A stretch of 64,000 nt of DNA, from NCBI GenBank assembly GCA_943704425.1, contig CALSCP010001674.1, positions 1-64,000 on the forward strand, given 5' to 3'. This document shows positions 63,001-64,000 of the stretch, in pieces. Positions within the stretch are counted from its first letter, which is position 1. Each line of letters starts with the position of its first letter. Position numbers and translations under genes: made by a program. The notes below the pieces were generated by a model that was given only the letters and a program-made list of their open reading frames with translations, did no database searches and was not told where the DNA came from. The stretch comes from Ministeria vibrans ATCC 50519. Lineage: Eukaryota > Protista > Filasterea.

Positions 63001-64000
63001 AGTAGCGTAGTTGGGTCATGACAAAGTCCGCGTCGATAGTGAGCGGCTGGCCAGCCGGATTTGTTTTGATGCAACGCACAAAGTGAGGCACCGACGTGTT
63101 CAGAGTGGCAATGAGTTCACCAAGTGACACCTCAAACTGAGCGCTGACGGTGAGTTGACGTTTGTCGCGCAGACGAGCGATCGTGGCTGGCTTGCGCGAC
63201 GTGGCCTGGCGCATGTCGGCGCGCATTTTGGCAGCCTCGGACTTCTTGCGGACGGCGCCCACTGAGTTGTGAAGGGCCTCGTGCAGACGATGGTTGTAGC
63301 TGATGGCGAAGCAAAAGCGCATGACATTGCGGAGTTTGCGCCAGTTTCGCGCGGCACTCTTGGACTTCATCGACTGAAGGGCACCTCCGTCACCCATGGT
63401 GGACATGTCACGGAGCAGGGGCAGGTCGGAGCGGAAAAGAGCGGAGAGAATGTCGTGGCGCATGACATCGCGGTTTTTGTCTAGGAAGCCGACAATCTCA
63501 TAATGGACTTCGCCAGCGTAGTGAGCAACGCCAAAGGTGGTCGTCTGTTTTTTGACGGGTCGCAAGTAGAGCTTGTTTGGGTTCTTTTTGGGTGCGTGGG
63601 CGCGATGAAACTTGTCAAGGAGCGTCTGGTCGGTGGCCTTGGGGAAGTTGCTCTCCTCGTTGAGGGTGGGAAGGAGGCCGGTGGGACGTTTGGTGATAAG
63701 GTCGATGCACGCCTGGTTATCGACAAACATGATGGCCGACCAGCGGATGTCCTCCTCTTCGTACAGCTGCTGTTCGAGGCGAAAGACGTGTGCGTTGAAA
63801 TAGCGCTGCAGCTCCTCGTTTGCAAAGTTGATGCAAAACTGCTCAAAGGAGTTGATGGCAAAGTTTTCAAAGCCAAAGATGTCAAGCATGCCAAGCACGG
63901 CGGAGGACCAGCCGCTCACAACAGACTGCATGGAGGATGGGGCCCCGCGAGGGCTCACGAGAGTATTCATGTGATTGAGGATCCACTGGAACATGTTGCC
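57023..64000 (-). CDS. MYO9: Class IX-type myosin (motor C-terminal part, IQ motifs, charged helix, two C1 domains, RhoGAP, charged tail); 5' part is off the right edge
   Basis: LDIFGFENF..NSFEQFCINFANEELQ, HYAGEV.Y...GFLDKNRD, PHFVRCIK.N; loop-2 insert (WRKLRNVMRF); IQRGYR, FQAYTRG, LQSWWR; C1 domains H..CVVC..CGVC..H..C and H..CEHC..CRLC..H.KC; RhoGAP GVYRKP, LKSWFRELPEP, N.M....L.IVFAP. Confidence 0.88.
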   Translation of the reverse strand, partial: GNMFQWILNHMNTLVSPRGAPSSMQSVVSGWSSAVLGMLDIFGFENFAINSFEQFCINFANEELQRYFNAHVFRLEQQLYEEEDIRWSAIMFVDNQACIDLITKRPTGLLPTLNEESNFPKATDQTLLDKFHRAHAPKKNPNKLYLRPVKKQTTTFGVAHYAGEVHYEIVGFLDKNRDVMRHDILSALFRSDLPLLRDMSTMGDGGALQSMKSKSAARNWRKLRNVMRFCFAISYNHRLHEALHNSVGAVRKKSEAAKMRADMRQATSRKPATIARLRDKRQLTVSAQFEVSLGELIATLNTSVPHFVRCIKTNPAGQPLTIDADFVMTQLRYCGVQETTRIRRAGYPTRLSFEAFASRFYVLLRRRGEVRKAPIDQLMQRVPPLLSRLPDASVDTSFPPYQVGKTRIFMRQQLCDFLDTMLQSRLMSAAMIIQRGYRAHLQRQRFLSMRRAAIVFQAYTRGRRARQHAEMLRCELDAAIQLQSWWRMRLAMAQLARLWHEAEMARCKAEEEARLAALEAERLAEEARLQAEREQREAERRAAALHRQQLMEQEALRLAERERELQILQQQREEEVHRQAELELAAAAEREERRMAKERLRRAQKRLEKGDTSTVHHRHTMGDELMRGDDLASSDLHSPRSSNASADGIESGGSDGKLPVVQTMSNSSEVLVYKAPQHLKGWRRFGHRRNRSDPRLLDLDDSSTSKERAPLGDTSEDRSCLSDGDDSKSPSTALKSGTATAAGGGRRNKIMNKVAPPQLRKRMKTILGAMDPRKRDDDGSSDAARAQHANANRLSHIPATLTVLGEALNQDAERHDSLGSLGNMDFCDDSGEAPFSSSVSVASTATVTNEKGTEAAKDANREATADVVDSSEATEDGMAAAAVEESNAYVLEEDEALQVNVTSVTMVSTASPVTSPSLSAARVTCRLIQGTQAEPDMSDSSPMSRVASSNDSINSDLRAAFKVPRMSTVAERTQMLLTGSALSINRDEQELEAASLSTSSATISNTAKATSPARPQSFRTAATGGGGGGGGTSATSLNRLLKGPPRPLSVESVGSARSSPSHSPRTSRKNVPTGRLAPLGGPATKKVGSIAHGFHVDNSSGHVYDVIMVRVAVPCVVCDVPLLQRRHAAQCGVCYHVCHMGCRENMKTCAGTARARKKPNRAPSYLPPAALRKSADSDDDEEEQVEGVVATTATIVSAGKGPSTLDLNNNSGANNRSPTVFPSSSAAAIPSASPSVAAPKNAAIEKAMRMVELRRARSQRLLQRNTVHPSILTLHELVNEPEFDDFALKSLEHVEKFQKAMLKRALEFPTEEDDDENLGASSDEQRAFILSTELVPEAEDVDYLTGVALRRYHNEVVCATTMTVDVCVAMDEMVERMGHITMQVCAEKKVVSDVRLQVVARVKEAFRAILLETRRFRPPSVPMLRAKVPSKKRVPMIPPPPPSGARPAAEALVKFREVVEGDNYTKEGDESTELGEVGEEGEDNDEEDEEVGEVDEEADLEEEEEEGEEEEDARPVLDRRKSLGTVVTSSGLVLERAGENVSKKSKRSTVAGEGAALSTGLGQRLRNKVTKTNGKKKRGTEATSIFSHNGHEFVAAHYGIRTVCEHCDRMVGFLERYVLCRLCKFACHAKCQVLTVHTCRADHGRTREGKDAQQQQQQEGEEAHEQSTNGSELDSIRAMSGGGSGGGGNNKRRLWGMLKGGAKGRYFKVSLRRQSDPNKGVFVSPLLSLAVAAIDKNGLYTAGVYRKPAQHSAIEELKRVLERRGVDAVDFDEVPVPVLCAMLKSWFRELPEPVIAYEQYDDLLRSVTGDLSVEQSYSALYQVCQCLPRENYLTLEVLIYHLVRVAQHGKHNLMDSKALGIVFAPGCLRPPDWYPAERCVRDLPLQILAVTRLIERQQFKVNTILEQINVLRMADALEDANGNATETGGSEKNAEAIQKLMVQLALLEPLRRDATVEMRVRTASLSRGTAGGYSPNTTAKAATSPAAPATAAAAVGRAAAVVRQPSRARRPKQVQQEEVVETASARVSLEEEEIKRRRAAEMEREKRQLLEKREKKRLKELEEEEEQQQKQQREHEEKKAEEDEEEEREAQDMAKETEMEGESVGRKTKGLKKAEKERVAREKKEEKERLVREKKEEKERAAREKKEEKERVEREKQEAREREAAEKQAVEAERERLAEAKRLANEEAAAATRAAEEQAAAEQAEVERKAREATEEAERAAAASAREEERLQRAMNRLRERTEQESATLLTKQEEARRAAETALVKPEPTPEEVVATRRPVAAPRPRPASRPVAPPRPGPRPLATLSVDPTVLRPSSAPSHPLHK

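Overview
Gene-dense, intron-rich eukaryotic DNA with GC-rich exons, AT- or microsatellite-rich introns, and two N gaps (32003-32010, 45252-45261). The gene content (receptor tyrosine kinase, spectrin, myosin IX-type RhoGAP myosin) suggests a unicellular holozoan or other close animal relative; this is an inference and the species cannot be fixed from the window. About 17 genes or gene fragments are recognisable: ASNS (partial), a PPR protein, an FMO, a type II L-domain membrane protein (truncated), an L-domain/EGF/ZU5-like RTK (kinase truncated), METTL17/RSM22, a Kelch-type receptor TKL kinase, POLH, ANKRD13, a polyQ coiled-coil protein, a giant spectrin, a GT4 glycosyltransferase, MLH1, SENP8, RPAP1, an alkyl-sulfatase C-terminal fragment and myosin IX (partial). 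The main finding is the minus-strand gene at 32265-45559. It encodes one polypeptide carrying a beta-spectrin/alpha-actinin actin-binding CH-CH head, about 28 spectrin repeats including a triplicated 6-repeat block, and an alpha-spectrin C-terminus with EF hands. This is an unsplit 'beta-alpha' spectrin, the architecture predicted for the elongated alpha-actinin ancestor of alpha- and beta-spectrin. Other points of interest are the RTK architecture and its novel cytoplasmic repeat, two probable misjoins (or odd fusions) at microsatellites, a recurring promoter motif, and a candidate intronic H/ACA RNA. All family calls come from motif recognition by eye; no database search was run.
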